Shown here in pieces: positions 29,366-38,508 of a DNA stretch of 64,000 nt (position 1 is its first letter; each line of letters opens with the position of its first letter). A program made the position numbers and the translations under genes. The notes beneath the pieces are model-generated. The model did no database searches. It was not told the DNA's origin and saw only the letters and a list, made by a program, of their open reading frames with translations. Source of the stretch: an uncultured virus (IMG/VR IMGVR_UViG_3300046367_000054) (taxonomy: Duplodnaviria > Heunggongvirae > Uroviricota > Caudoviricetes > Crassvirales); IMG/VR virus record IMGVR_UViG_3300046367_000054; one strand, written 5' to 3'.

Positions 29366-29439
29366 GGACTTATAGCTCAGTTGGTTAGAGCAGGACACTC
29401 ATAATGTCAAGGTCGTAGGTTCGAATCCTACTAGGTCCA
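29366..29439 (+). tRNA. tRNA with CAT anticodon, probably Ile2 (elongator Met not excluded)
   Basis: Acceptor GGACTTA/TAGGTCC, D-arm AGCTCAGTTGGTTAGAGC, anticodon loop CTCATAA, T-arm GTAGG-TTCGAAT-CCTAC; no encoded CCA. Confidence 0.9.
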
Positions 29440-29547
29440 CTAGGTTAAACATTGAATACCTTTGTAAATATAGATTGAGCCTAAGAAAAACGTGGCAGAT
29501 TAAATCGCTATCGCAATTTACATGAAGATACTATCAGTAATGGTAGA

Positions 29548-29637
29548 TGTGTTGTTCCCTTGAGAAAGGAATATATTAAGAGCTATCAATTAATTCTATT
29601 TAATAGAAGTGAACTTAACAACACAAATGAGTTCTCA
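29548..29637 (+). ncRNA. Three-way-junction RNA with a pseudoknot
   Basis: TGTGTTG/CAACACA stem; loop TGAGAA pairs with downstream TTCTCA. Confidence 0.55.
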
Positions 29638-29642
29638 GCAAG

Positions 29643-29747
29643 TAGTTAGTAAGAGGTCCTTACATTTAGTATAACTACGTGACCCTAATTATTATACAAG
29701 CTCCATAACTGATAACTCGGTAAGCTATAATAAAAGGGTGCTAACTA
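29643..29747 (+). ncRNA. Structured RNA domain
   Basis: TAGTTAGT/GCTAACTA closing stem; ACCCT/AGGGT and TTATTATA/TATAATAA inner stems. Confidence 0.45.
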
Positions 29748-29762
29748 AAGTAGTAGAGTAGA

Positions 29763-29832
29763 CTCTCTCCGTAGTTGTCCGACGGTTATGAGACTTGTTT
29801 AGCGGTGCAAGTATAAAGAGGCAACGAACCGC
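29763..29832 (+). ncRNA. Double-pseudoknot RNA
   Basis: Two hairpin loops (GTTGT, GCGGT) complementary to consecutive 3' segments (GCAAC, ACCGC). Confidence 0.5.
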
Positions 29833-29836
29833 AAAT

Positions 29837-29972
29837 GATCGAGTGGCGAAAGGCTAGGGATGTCCCTGGCGTGGTAGACGCGCACAGTATTAATAGACAA
29901 AGAAGTGATTTATATAGGCGTAAATATAAAGAAACAGTTATATAAATACAGGTTCGAATCCTGTCTCGGTCA
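29837..29972 (+). ncRNA. 136-nt tRNA-like RNA with inserted arms and no canonical anticodon arm
   Basis: Acceptor GATCGAG/CTCGGTC, Leu-like TGGCGAAA...GGTAGACGC D-arm, T-arm ACAGG-TTCGAAT-CCTGT. Confidence 0.7.
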
Positions 29973-29999
29973 CTATTATTAATCTAAATTAAATTAAAA

Positions 30000-30452
30000 A
30001 TGTTTGTAAAAATTAAAGAATTACCGAAAGATTTAAAAAAGAAAGCTCTTAAAAGAATGATAGAGCAAAGAGGTTTAGCAGATGCTAGTACAGTAGTAGC
30101 TGCTGCATTTGACTTTTCAAAAACAAAAGAGGGTATGGACTACTGGTCAGAAGTATGTAATGCTTATGGAGATGCTCTTACTTTAGAAAACTTTTATGAT
30201 ACGCTAGAGAGAGATGCTTCAGTGATATTTGGTATTGAAGGAATAAAAGTAAGAGAACCACAAGAAGTAAAAACAGATCCTATTGTTGAATCAGTTGTAA
30301 ACCAATTAAGAAATAGATCTGAAGTTGGTATTAAAAAATATGGTACTACACTGCAAGATAACAAATTATCTACACTAGAGTGGATTGAACACGCTAAGCA
30401 AGAGGCTATGGACTTCGTTTTGTACCTAGAAAAATTAAAAAGCACATTATAA
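30000..30452 (+). CDS. Protein with a C-terminal all-alpha NTP-pyrophosphatase-like domain
   Basis: RSEVGIKKYGTTL...EHAKQEAMDFVLYLEK. Confidence 0.55.
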   Translation: MFVKIKELPKDLKKKALKRMIEQRGLADASTVVAAAFDFSKTKEGMDYWSEVCNAYGDALTLENFYDTLERDASVIFGIEGIKVREPQEVKTDPIVESVVNQLRNRSEVGIKKYGTTLQDNKLSTLEWIEHAKQEAMDFVLYLEKLKSTL

Positions 30453-30904
30453 TGCGTAAAAAAGGAACGCCTTTAATCAGGGCTAAAAAGACTGAGTATA
30501 AAGGTAAAAACTTTCAAAGTCGTCTAGAGGTTTATATGTTTAAGCTTCTAGATGATAATGGAGTTAAGTGTAAGTACGAGGAAGAGAAGTTCACAATCAT
30601 AGACTCTTTCTTCTTCCCTAACCCATCTTATGAGAAAACTATTAACAGCAAGAATAACCTTGTAAATAAAGGTAATAAGAAGCACCTTGGTATTATATAC
30701 ACACCAGACTTTATTGTAGAGAACGGAGATCAACGTATAATAATAGAATGTAAAGGTCTTGCTACTGATGTATTCTCAATGAGGTTTAAGTTATTCAAAA
30801 AATGGATAGCTGACAACAAATTAAACTATGTGTTATTCACACCTAGAAACCAAGGTCAGTGTGACTTTGTATTTGAACAAGTTAAAAAACTTTTAAATGA
30901 ATAA
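30452..30904 (+). CDS. PD-(D/E)xK endonuclease (T7 endonuclease I/DUF1064-like resolvase)
   Basis: FQSRLE, YE, YTPDF, IIECKG. Confidence 0.8.
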   Translation: MRKKGTPLIRAKKTEYKGKNFQSRLEVYMFKLLDDNGVKCKYEEEKFTIIDSFFFPNPSYEKTINSKNNLVNKGNKKHLGIIYTPDFIVENGDQRIIIECKGLATDVFSMRFKLFKKWIADNKLNYVLFTPRNQGQCDFVFEQVKKLLNE

Positions 30905-30996
30905 ATTTTTTAAATATATAGAAGTCATTGGATTTTTATTTGCTACAATAATTTTATGTATATCAATATTGTCAATACCTTTTATATTATAGTAAA

Positions 30997-31033
30997 AACC
31001 CTTACAATTATTAGTTGTAAGGGTTATATTTTT
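30997..31033. terminator. Bidirectional terminator between the convergent genome arms
   Basis: AACCCTTACAAT...GTTGTAAGGGTT hairpin flanked by A/T runs. Confidence 0.75.
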
Positions 31034-34000
31034 TAAAATCTATTTATTGGTTTTTTATCTATACCTTCTATAACGGCTCTTTTTTTAGATATTTTAATCA
31101 TTCTCTTTATGACTTTCTCAACTTCTTTAGGAGCTATACCAGCTTGATTTAAGTAAAAGAAAATTCTAGCGTTTTTTAACTTTTCAATATCTTCGTCTAA
31201 CAACTTCATTTTTTGTCCTCTAGAGTCTTTAAAACTTCCATCTGAATTCATTAGTGATTCATACTCTAGTATTTGAGAAGTTCCAGTAAAACCAGCCCCT
31301 ATTGTTCCAAAATATGACAAAGTTGTTTGTCTATACGGATCAAAAGGTATTCTATCTTCTTTAGGAATATCATAATATTCTTCAGCTTTATCTATAGCAA
31401 ATTCTGCTCCTTCCTGAATTATACCATCCATAAACGGAAGTGGAGATACAAAAGAAGATGTAAAAGATAAGTATCTTGAGTTTTCTTTCTCTCTATCGGA
31501 TTTTTTCTCTTCTTCTTCAGTCTCTTCATAACCCATATAGTATTCAGTTGCTTTATTAAGCAAATCACCTATCTGTTCTTTAATTAATGTAAATACAGTT
31601 ACCTCCAATGACAATGAAGCTAGAGATCTAAGAGCTATTGATTTATCTTTAACTGTATTAGAAGTACTAAGCAGTTGTCTAAAATCATTATACTGTCTCA
31701 TTTTTTGATTCAACTGAAATTTAGCAAATGGAATTAACATACTTCTAACTATTTTAGAAGAAGAATTTTTATCAGCTAACCAATCACCTTCCATATAACT
31801 ATCAGATAAGTTTTGTTGTCTGTTTACTTGGTTCTCAGCATATCTAGCAGCTTTTTCATTTAACACGTGGTTCTTAGGATCTATTGATTCACCTTGCTCA
31901 AGCATGTATTTTTTATAATAAGATATAAAAGAAGCTCTAGCTACAAAAATATCTGGCTTTGCTAAAAATACCTTTAAATTAAACGCTTGTGCTTTTGAAT
32001 AAGAATCAATTAAAACGTCAGATGCTTTATTTATAAATCCAGATTTTGATTGCTTAAGAACACTTTCTAGATTAGAAAATTCACCCTGAGACTCAATACC
32101 TCTATTTGCTATATCGTAAGAAGAAGAATCAATCAATTTATTCCAATCACTATTAAACGCATCTATTAGATCAAATCTTCCAGAGTTTATTAATGTGTTT
32201 GAAGCTACTGGAATAGTTTGACTTATAGCTTGTTGAATACCCCCAAGTGCTCTTGCTGTACCTAATTTAGAAAGTTCATTTAAAGCTTTAGATATTTTCT
32301 TAACTTCATTAGAGCTTTCGTCGAATTCTCTTTCTCTTACTCTTTTTACATATTTTCTTACTCTATCTGAAAATAAATCCCTATCTTCTCTGTCTTCAAT
32401 TATATTTTTAAGTCCATTAGATTCTAAAAAAGTTTTAACACCTTGAATTTCTTTAGCAGTATATGTATCTACTAATGAAGTCCTCATTTTTCTATTATTA
32501 TCTAATAAAAAATCAAAGCTAATAAAAGAGTCTTTAGGTAATGTTTTGGTATTTGTTCTCTCTATAAATGTTCCAGATTTCTTATCGTAAACTTTTTTAC
32601 TTGTATTTTTCTTAACGTCACCAAGATCATCGAAGTCATTTTCTATATCTGAATTATTCTTTAAGAACTTCATTGTTATAGGAGTATAATTCTCTATATT
32701 TTTAAGACCAGAATTATATATTGATTTTGAAATTTCATTTTTCTCGTCAAATCCATTTTTATATTTTTCTATAAAATAATTAACAGTAGATATATTTACA
32801 TCGTCTGTTTTTGATTTTACATCTTCTATTGATTCTGAGTCTTTTAATATTTTATCATATACCTCTCTATGAGATTTAGCTATTTCTTTTTGATTTGAAT
32901 CTCCTTTTTCTAAATTACTTATGCTTTGACCTATTAAATTTTTTACATCTAAAAAATCTTCTTCAGTACTCATCAATAATCTTGAAAACATACCTCTTTC
33001 GTGGTCGTTAAATATATCTGTAAAAGACTTGCCATTAGGTTTGTTTTTTCCAAACTTATCAACAACATCTACATAGAAACTATCAACCTCTCTTATAGCC
33101 TTATTCTTTCCTTTGTTAACATCCAAAACTCCAGCTACATCTAACAACTCATTTCCAAGCAGTTGACTTTTCATTAAGTCCTCTGTTAACAATCCTAATG
33201 AAGATACATTTCTATTTCTAAGTCTACCTAAAACAGGTGATAAAAACAACTTTAATTTTTTAGCTTTGTTAGACTTGCTAAATTCATTAACATTTCTTAT
33301 AACTTCCGCTTTTTTATTGAATAAATCTAATCTATTAGAGTCTCCATTAACAATTATATCATTCAATATATCTATATAAAGTAATGAATCTTGCTTAGAT
33401 AAATCTTCTATATTGATATCCATTAATTCTTTAAATCTAGCTTTATCTTTATCATCAATTATCAATCTATCAAAAGAAAAACTATTTATTCTATTCTGAA
33501 TCATGTCATTAACTATAGACTTCATCTTAAAAGAAGCTTCTTTTAGTTTAGAATTTAAATTCAACCTATCATAATCTTTGAATTTATCAGAATCTTCACT
33601 TTCTTGATATATCATTTCTTGTATTTCCTCATAAGAAAAATCAGATGGATTCAATCCAGTATTATCATAAAAAGAATTCATTATATCTTGAAGTTCTAAA
33701 CTTTTAGATTTTTCAATTTCCTTATCAATATATTCAGAAAGAACTGCTTTATCTATACCTTCAGATATATTTAGTTTTCCTCCTCTAAATGTAGATCCTT
33801 TTATATTTTTATCTACATTATCTATTACCTGTATATATTTATCTACATCTTCAATCTTACTAGGTTTTATGGATACAAGTTTTTTAGCTAAATCTTTTAA
33901 ATCTGGATCTATATCTTTAGATCTTAACTTTTTCTTTACGGATGATATTAATTTATTTGCATTATCAATTTTGTCTTGATACTCAGCATTCTCAAAAACT

Positions 34001-37000
34001 TTAGTTGCGTAAGTTGTAAATTTATCTACAGAATCTTCATCAAAAACATTGGTTTTACTAAATGCAACTACTAAATTTGCAGCTTGTTTATCGGTTATAG
34101 CTCCAGATATAGCCATATCTTTCACGTCTTTGGCTATCTGTTGAGCTATTTCTTTTTGAGCCTTAACAGCATCTTTAGCAGCCTTAGCTTTATCTGTTAT
34201 TTGTTTCTTTAAAGCTGTTTTTTCACTAATTGTTATCTTCTTTACATCCTTGATGTTTCCAAGTATTCTATTGGCAGAAGGAGCGACTTTCTCTTTAATA
34301 CCAAATCTATTACGAACATCTCTAACTAAAGCCTCTCTCTGTACATCTGTTGCATCTTCATAAACTTTTGAACCAGTAACGTAACTCATTACATTATCGG
34401 CTATTTTAGCTATATTTACACGTCTCTTTTTAGACTTCTCAACAATACCATCTGTTTCTGACATCATCCTGTCATAACCTGGCAAATCTGTTTCTGTTAA
34501 TGTTTGAGTTGAATTATCTATAGGTTGCTGTTCTACTTTATTGTTGGATACAGCTTCTTGAGCAGCTTTTAATATTGTTCCTTTACCTCCAATGTTTAAA
34601 GCGTAATCTATAGCCTTTCTTTTTGAATCTATACCTTTATTGTCAGATAACCCATCATCCTCCATTATTAAGTTAGCAACAGTATTTATAGATACTCCAT
34701 TTTGTATTGCATCATCAATTGCTTGATTCAATGAGTCGTCACCAAAATCAACACTCTCTCCTTTGGCTATAGCATCCAAAACCTCTAATGTAAATGAGTC
34801 TGGAGAAGAAGCTCTTAACGAAGCTCTAACTGTGTTTAATTGGGTTTTATCTAAAACTTGTTGAGCTATTGCCTTATAATCCGACTTCGTATTATCTAAC
34901 AATGGAGAAATAAGTTTGTCGTATTTGTTATATATATCATCAAAAACAACTTGATCTTCAGTAGATAGTTTTTCTTTATCGACCTTACCTTCAGTATTTA
35001 CTTCAGCATTAGGTAATGCCTCTTTCAATTCTGTTTGTTCTTGAGAACGTAACTCTTCTACCTTAACATCGTTGTTAATAGGCTCTTCTACGGGTGTAAC
35101 CTCTTCTTGAATAGTTTGTGCAGATTCTATTTCTTTATCGTATAGTTTACTAGCTCTTTCAGACACCATATCTTTAGTGATGTCTACTTGCTCCATACCA
35201 GTTGGGTTCAACTCTGCATTTAATTCTTCAAGAGCCTTCTTGTTTAACTCGCTCTGTTTATTAATCGGTAAAGATCCAACACCACTAGTCTCTATATCAA
35301 AATCCAATGGTACTCCAGTGAAATCTGTGAAATCACCTTCTACCTTTACATCTTTTAATTTTGATAAAATTCCTCTTTTAACTTTAGCGGCTTCAACGTA
35401 GTCTTTGTATATCTCAGCAGTAGCTATTCTTTTAGCTTCTGGAGATAAAGTCTTATCTTCTTTTATGTTATCCATTGAGATAGATACCTCATCTATAACA
35501 GAATTAGTTCTTTTAAGTAAAGCTTTATCTTCTGGAGAAAGTGTTTTTAATTTCTCAATCTCTTCTCCTAAAGCTCTCTTGTTGTTAGCTATAAGTTCCT
35601 GTGATTTTATTTGAAAAATCTTTTTGCTCTCTTCACTAATTCCTTCATTATTGATTTCATTTTGAAGTCTAGCTATGGCTTTATTGGTCTTCTTTATTTG
35701 AACATATTTTTTAGAAGATATATATGCTTTAGCTCCATAGACAGAAACAGTATTCGTACTACCTAAACCTAAAGATGATAAACCAGAATTGATAGCAGAT
35801 CTACCATCAAATTCTTTTCTAATACCAGCAATGATATCATTAGCTTGCTCTCCACCATCTACAGCAGTTTCTTCAAGTACTTCACCAAAAAATCCTATTA
35901 CTGGACTTTTCATTATGTTTTTCTCAGCAAATCTTCTGAAAGAGTTAGATAATATTTTAGAACCTGCCTCCACACCTTTATCTTTAAGTATTCTTTTAGC
36001 TACAGCTCCAGAAGCTCCAGAAAAGAAATGACCTAAAGTTGACTCTAACACGCCAGAAGCGGCAGCATTCGATAGTCTTTGGTTTTGAGATAACTCTTTA
36101 TTTTGTAAGTTTTCTTGATATTTACCAGAAGCAGTCATCACTCCAATAGTAGCTAAACCAACAACTCCTCCGCCAGTAGCTATAGCTATAGCCATCATTG
36201 GTGCTGATTGAAGTGTTGATCCAGCTATTAATTTAGCAGCATCTGAATATCTACCTTGTTCAATAGCAGATAAAGGATCCCCTCCATAATCTTGACTTTT
36301 GACTTGAATTCTTTGATTCAAACCATCTATCTTTTCTTTTAATATATTAGAAGGTATATTTTCAAATCCTAGTTGCTGTTGCATTCTTTTGAATGGAGTA
36401 ACACCTGTTGCTTCAGCAATTGCTCCTTCTATTTGACCACTAGGAAGTATACTTGCTTTTGAATATAAGTCGTACATCATTTCTGGTGTATCGGCTAAGA
36501 ATTTTTCAGAAGAAAGTATACCAACCTCAGCAGTATCACTTAAGTAATCAAGGAATCCATCTCTAGGATTTTCACTAGGTTGTTGTATTACATTAGCCTC
36601 TGTCTTATTAGTAGCTTTCATCTTAGATAAGTCATCGCTAGATAACTTACCATTAAGTTTCTTCATTCCAACAGGAGCTGGTTTAGAAGGAGCTACTTTA
36701 CCGAATCTACTCTTTGTAGTTCCATTTAAAGATTCCGATTCCGAAGTTTTCTTTTGAGGCTCTGTACCCAATAAAGTACTTTGCTTTTTTGGTTTCGATG
36801 CCAATTCCAAAAGATTTTTTCGATAGGTAGATTTGGGCTCTTCTTTTTTTTTTAAGCCAAAGTCTACTTGTCCAGAATACTCTGGATATTTCTCCACCAT
36901 TTTTTTAGCCAAAGAAACATCGTCAATATCTTTATATTGTGGATACTTATCTTTTATTTTACTTGAAAACTCTTGAGGAGTTATTGGATTTAAAACTTCT

Positions 37001-37008
37001 TCTTCCAT
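31033..37008 (-). CDS. Large internal virion (ejection) protein
   Basis: 1991 aa, helical, with a G/A-rich membrane-like segment; last gene of the late operon as in podoviruses. Confidence 0.6.
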   Translation of the reverse strand: MEEEVLNPITPQEFSSKIKDKYPQYKDIDDVSLAKKMVEKYPEYSGQVDFGLKKKEEPKSTYRKNLLELASKPKKQSTLLGTEPQKKTSESESLNGTTKSRFGKVAPSKPAPVGMKKLNGKLSSDDLSKMKATNKTEANVIQQPSENPRDGFLDYLSDTAEVGILSSEKFLADTPEMMYDLYSKASILPSGQIEGAIAEATGVTPFKRMQQQLGFENIPSNILKEKIDGLNQRIQVKSQDYGGDPLSAIEQGRYSDAAKLIAGSTLQSAPMMAIAIATGGGVVGLATIGVMTASGKYQENLQNKELSQNQRLSNAAASGVLESTLGHFFSGASGAVAKRILKDKGVEAGSKILSNSFRRFAEKNIMKSPVIGFFGEVLEETAVDGGEQANDIIAGIRKEFDGRSAINSGLSSLGLGSTNTVSVYGAKAYISSKKYVQIKKTNKAIARLQNEINNEGISEESKKIFQIKSQELIANNKRALGEEIEKLKTLSPEDKALLKRTNSVIDEVSISMDNIKEDKTLSPEAKRIATAEIYKDYVEAAKVKRGILSKLKDVKVEGDFTDFTGVPLDFDIETSGVGSLPINKQSELNKKALEELNAELNPTGMEQVDITKDMVSERASKLYDKEIESAQTIQEEVTPVEEPINNDVKVEELRSQEQTELKEALPNAEVNTEGKVDKEKLSTEDQVVFDDIYNKYDKLISPLLDNTKSDYKAIAQQVLDKTQLNTVRASLRASSPDSFTLEVLDAIAKGESVDFGDDSLNQAIDDAIQNGVSINTVANLIMEDDGLSDNKGIDSKRKAIDYALNIGGKGTILKAAQEAVSNNKVEQQPIDNSTQTLTETDLPGYDRMMSETDGIVEKSKKRRVNIAKIADNVMSYVTGSKVYEDATDVQREALVRDVRNRFGIKEKVAPSANRILGNIKDVKKITISEKTALKKQITDKAKAAKDAVKAQKEIAQQIAKDVKDMAISGAITDKQAANLVVAFSKTNVFDEDSVDKFTTYATKVFENAEYQDKIDNANKLISSVKKKLRSKDIDPDLKDLAKKLVSIKPSKIEDVDKYIQVIDNVDKNIKGSTFRGGKLNISEGIDKAVLSEYIDKEIEKSKSLELQDIMNSFYDNTGLNPSDFSYEEIQEMIYQESEDSDKFKDYDRLNLNSKLKEASFKMKSIVNDMIQNRINSFSFDRLIIDDKDKARFKELMDINIEDLSKQDSLLYIDILNDIIVNGDSNRLDLFNKKAEVIRNVNEFSKSNKAKKLKLFLSPVLGRLRNRNVSSLGLLTEDLMKSQLLGNELLDVAGVLDVNKGKNKAIREVDSFYVDVVDKFGKNKPNGKSFTDIFNDHERGMFSRLLMSTEEDFLDVKNLIGQSISNLEKGDSNQKEIAKSHREVYDKILKDSESIEDVKSKTDDVNISTVNYFIEKYKNGFDEKNEISKSIYNSGLKNIENYTPITMKFLKNNSDIENDFDDLGDVKKNTSKKVYDKKSGTFIERTNTKTLPKDSFISFDFLLDNNRKMRTSLVDTYTAKEIQGVKTFLESNGLKNIIEDREDRDLFSDRVRKYVKRVREREFDESSNEVKKISKALNELSKLGTARALGGIQQAISQTIPVASNTLINSGRFDLIDAFNSDWNKLIDSSSYDIANRGIESQGEFSNLESVLKQSKSGFINKASDVLIDSYSKAQAFNLKVFLAKPDIFVARASFISYYKKYMLEQGESIDPKNHVLNEKAARYAENQVNRQQNLSDSYMEGDWLADKNSSSKIVRSMLIPFAKFQLNQKMRQYNDFRQLLSTSNTVKDKSIALRSLASLSLEVTVFTLIKEQIGDLLNKATEYYMGYEETEEEEKKSDREKENSRYLSFTSSFVSPLPFMDGIIQEGAEFAIDKAEEYYDIPKEDRIPFDPYRQTTLSYFGTIGAGFTGTSQILEYESLMNSDGSFKDSRGQKMKLLDEDIEKLKNARIFFYLNQAGIAPKEVEKVIKRMIKISKKRAVIEGIDKKPINRF

Positions 37009-37011
37009 AAA

Positions 37012-38505
37012 TTATCGTATACCTAAAGGGTCGTTTGTTTTTTTACTTTTACTGCTTGATGCTCCTCCAAAATACTTACCGTTAGGATCAGCTCTTTTTA
37101 TAGCTTCTATAACTTCTGATACGTCATTGTATTTTCTTACATTTCCATTTTCATCTTGGAAAGATAACTTAGGTATGATTGTATTAGCTACAGAAACATT
37201 AGCACCTTTTCCATTCAAAGGAATATATCTTGTTTCTGATGTACTTGTTGATTCAGAACCACCGCTAACCTTTTTATTTTCACCTACCTTAGCATAGTAA
37301 CTAATATAGAATCTTTTAGATTCATTGTCGTAACCAGTTCCTTCCAACTGAGCCTTTTGACTTCCTACAAATATGTTATCATCATTTTGATTTATCGATA
37401 ACATATATCCAGTAGCTCTTCTTCCAGTAACTTTACCTCCTTTTCTATAGGTTGTTATTTTTTCAGAAATTTCTGGAGAAACATAATTTGTTTTATCTTC
37501 TTTACCTACATTTACATTAGTAACAGTCTGCTTAACTCTATCTTCTTTATTTTCAAATCCTAATCCAGCTAACACACCATTTCTCATTGCCTTTTTAGCA
37601 AATTCAATGTCTCCATCTTTTTTATATTCATCAAGTGTTTTTGGAGATGAATATTTCTCTCTATCTAAAGAGTAAAGATAAGATGATAAATTATCATAAT
37701 TTGATAACACACCATTTATAGCATTATCAATATAACCTTCATCATCATCAGTTAAAAAAGTCCTAGTTCTAGTCAAAGTACCATTTGCATCTTTAACGCT
37801 GGTTCTTAATTTAAGATTATTTTGTATCTCATCTATAGTCTTAGTTCTGTCTAATTCTTTAATTGTATTACCAAATAAAGATCCGTTTTCTAATTCATAC
37901 TTAGTTATAGAATCTCTTTCAACACCTCTATCATTAAATTTTTTATACACTGGATTACCAGAGTCTAAAAGGTATTTTCCATCTTTATCAGTAGCTCTAA
38001 CTCTAAATAATATATCTCCATCTTCATCTTCTTCAATCTCAAGATTTCTTTTTTGAGCTATATCCTCAAATATATCAAATCTACTTTTATCTACACTAGA
38101 AAACTTACCTTCATTTGAATCTTTTGCAAAACTAGTTGCGTCTTCAGTAAATTTTTTAGCTACAATATCTAATCCTTTTAAAGTATTTTGTATCTTTTGT
38201 TGTTCGGCAGCTAGTTCTGGAGTATATCTACCTACAGCTTCAGCTTCTTTATTTATAAGTAAGTTTCTTTCAGTAAGTTTATCAACTAACCTAGTCATAG
38301 ATTGGTCATAACCACCATTACCAGTTTTAGTGTAACCTCCTTCTATGTTGTTTATCTTAAAATCATTCTTCTCTTTTTTAGGAATCATGTCTTTCATTCT
38401 TTCAAGATCAGCTTGTTGAATCTTTTGTGCATTCAAAGCTATATCTCCAAAATCAACTTTAGGACCTTCTACAGTAGCGTATGCGTTTACTTTACCTATA
38501 GCCAT
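37012..38505 (-). CDS. Putative internal virion (ejection) protein
   Basis: 497 aa; position between the pilot-like and large ejection genes. Confidence 0.5.
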   Translation of the reverse strand: MAIGKVNAYATVEGPKVDFGDIALNAQKIQQADLERMKDMIPKKEKNDFKINNIEGGYTKTGNGGYDQSMTRLVDKLTERNLLINKEAEAVGRYTPELAAEQQKIQNTLKGLDIVAKKFTEDATSFAKDSNEGKFSSVDKSRFDIFEDIAQKRNLEIEEDEDGDILFRVRATDKDGKYLLDSGNPVYKKFNDRGVERDSITKYELENGSLFGNTIKELDRTKTIDEIQNNLKLRTSVKDANGTLTRTRTFLTDDDEGYIDNAINGVLSNYDNLSSYLYSLDREKYSSPKTLDEYKKDGDIEFAKKAMRNGVLAGLGFENKEDRVKQTVTNVNVGKEDKTNYVSPEISEKITTYRKGGKVTGRRATGYMLSINQNDDNIFVGSQKAQLEGTGYDNESKRFYISYYAKVGENKKVSGGSESTSTSETRYIPLNGKGANVSVANTIIPKLSFQDENGNVRKYNDVSEVIEAIKRADPNGKYFGGASSSKSKKTNDPLGIR

Positions 38506-38508
38506 TTA

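Noticed and set aside
29440..29530. Theta/HDV-like or hammerhead ribozyme after the tRNA
   Set aside because: I could not build the nested HDV fold or find the CUGAnGA/GAAA cores by eye
29837..29972. Intron-containing tRNA or tmRNA
   Set aside because: The inserts are too short for a group I intron, no splice restoring an anticodon arm was evident, and there is no tag ORF or G3-U70 alanine identity
31033..37008. DFDIE in the 1991-aa protein as a crAss-type virion RNA polymerase motif (DFDID)
   Set aside because: The third Asp is missing, the context looks like a linker, and no other RNAP motifs were seen
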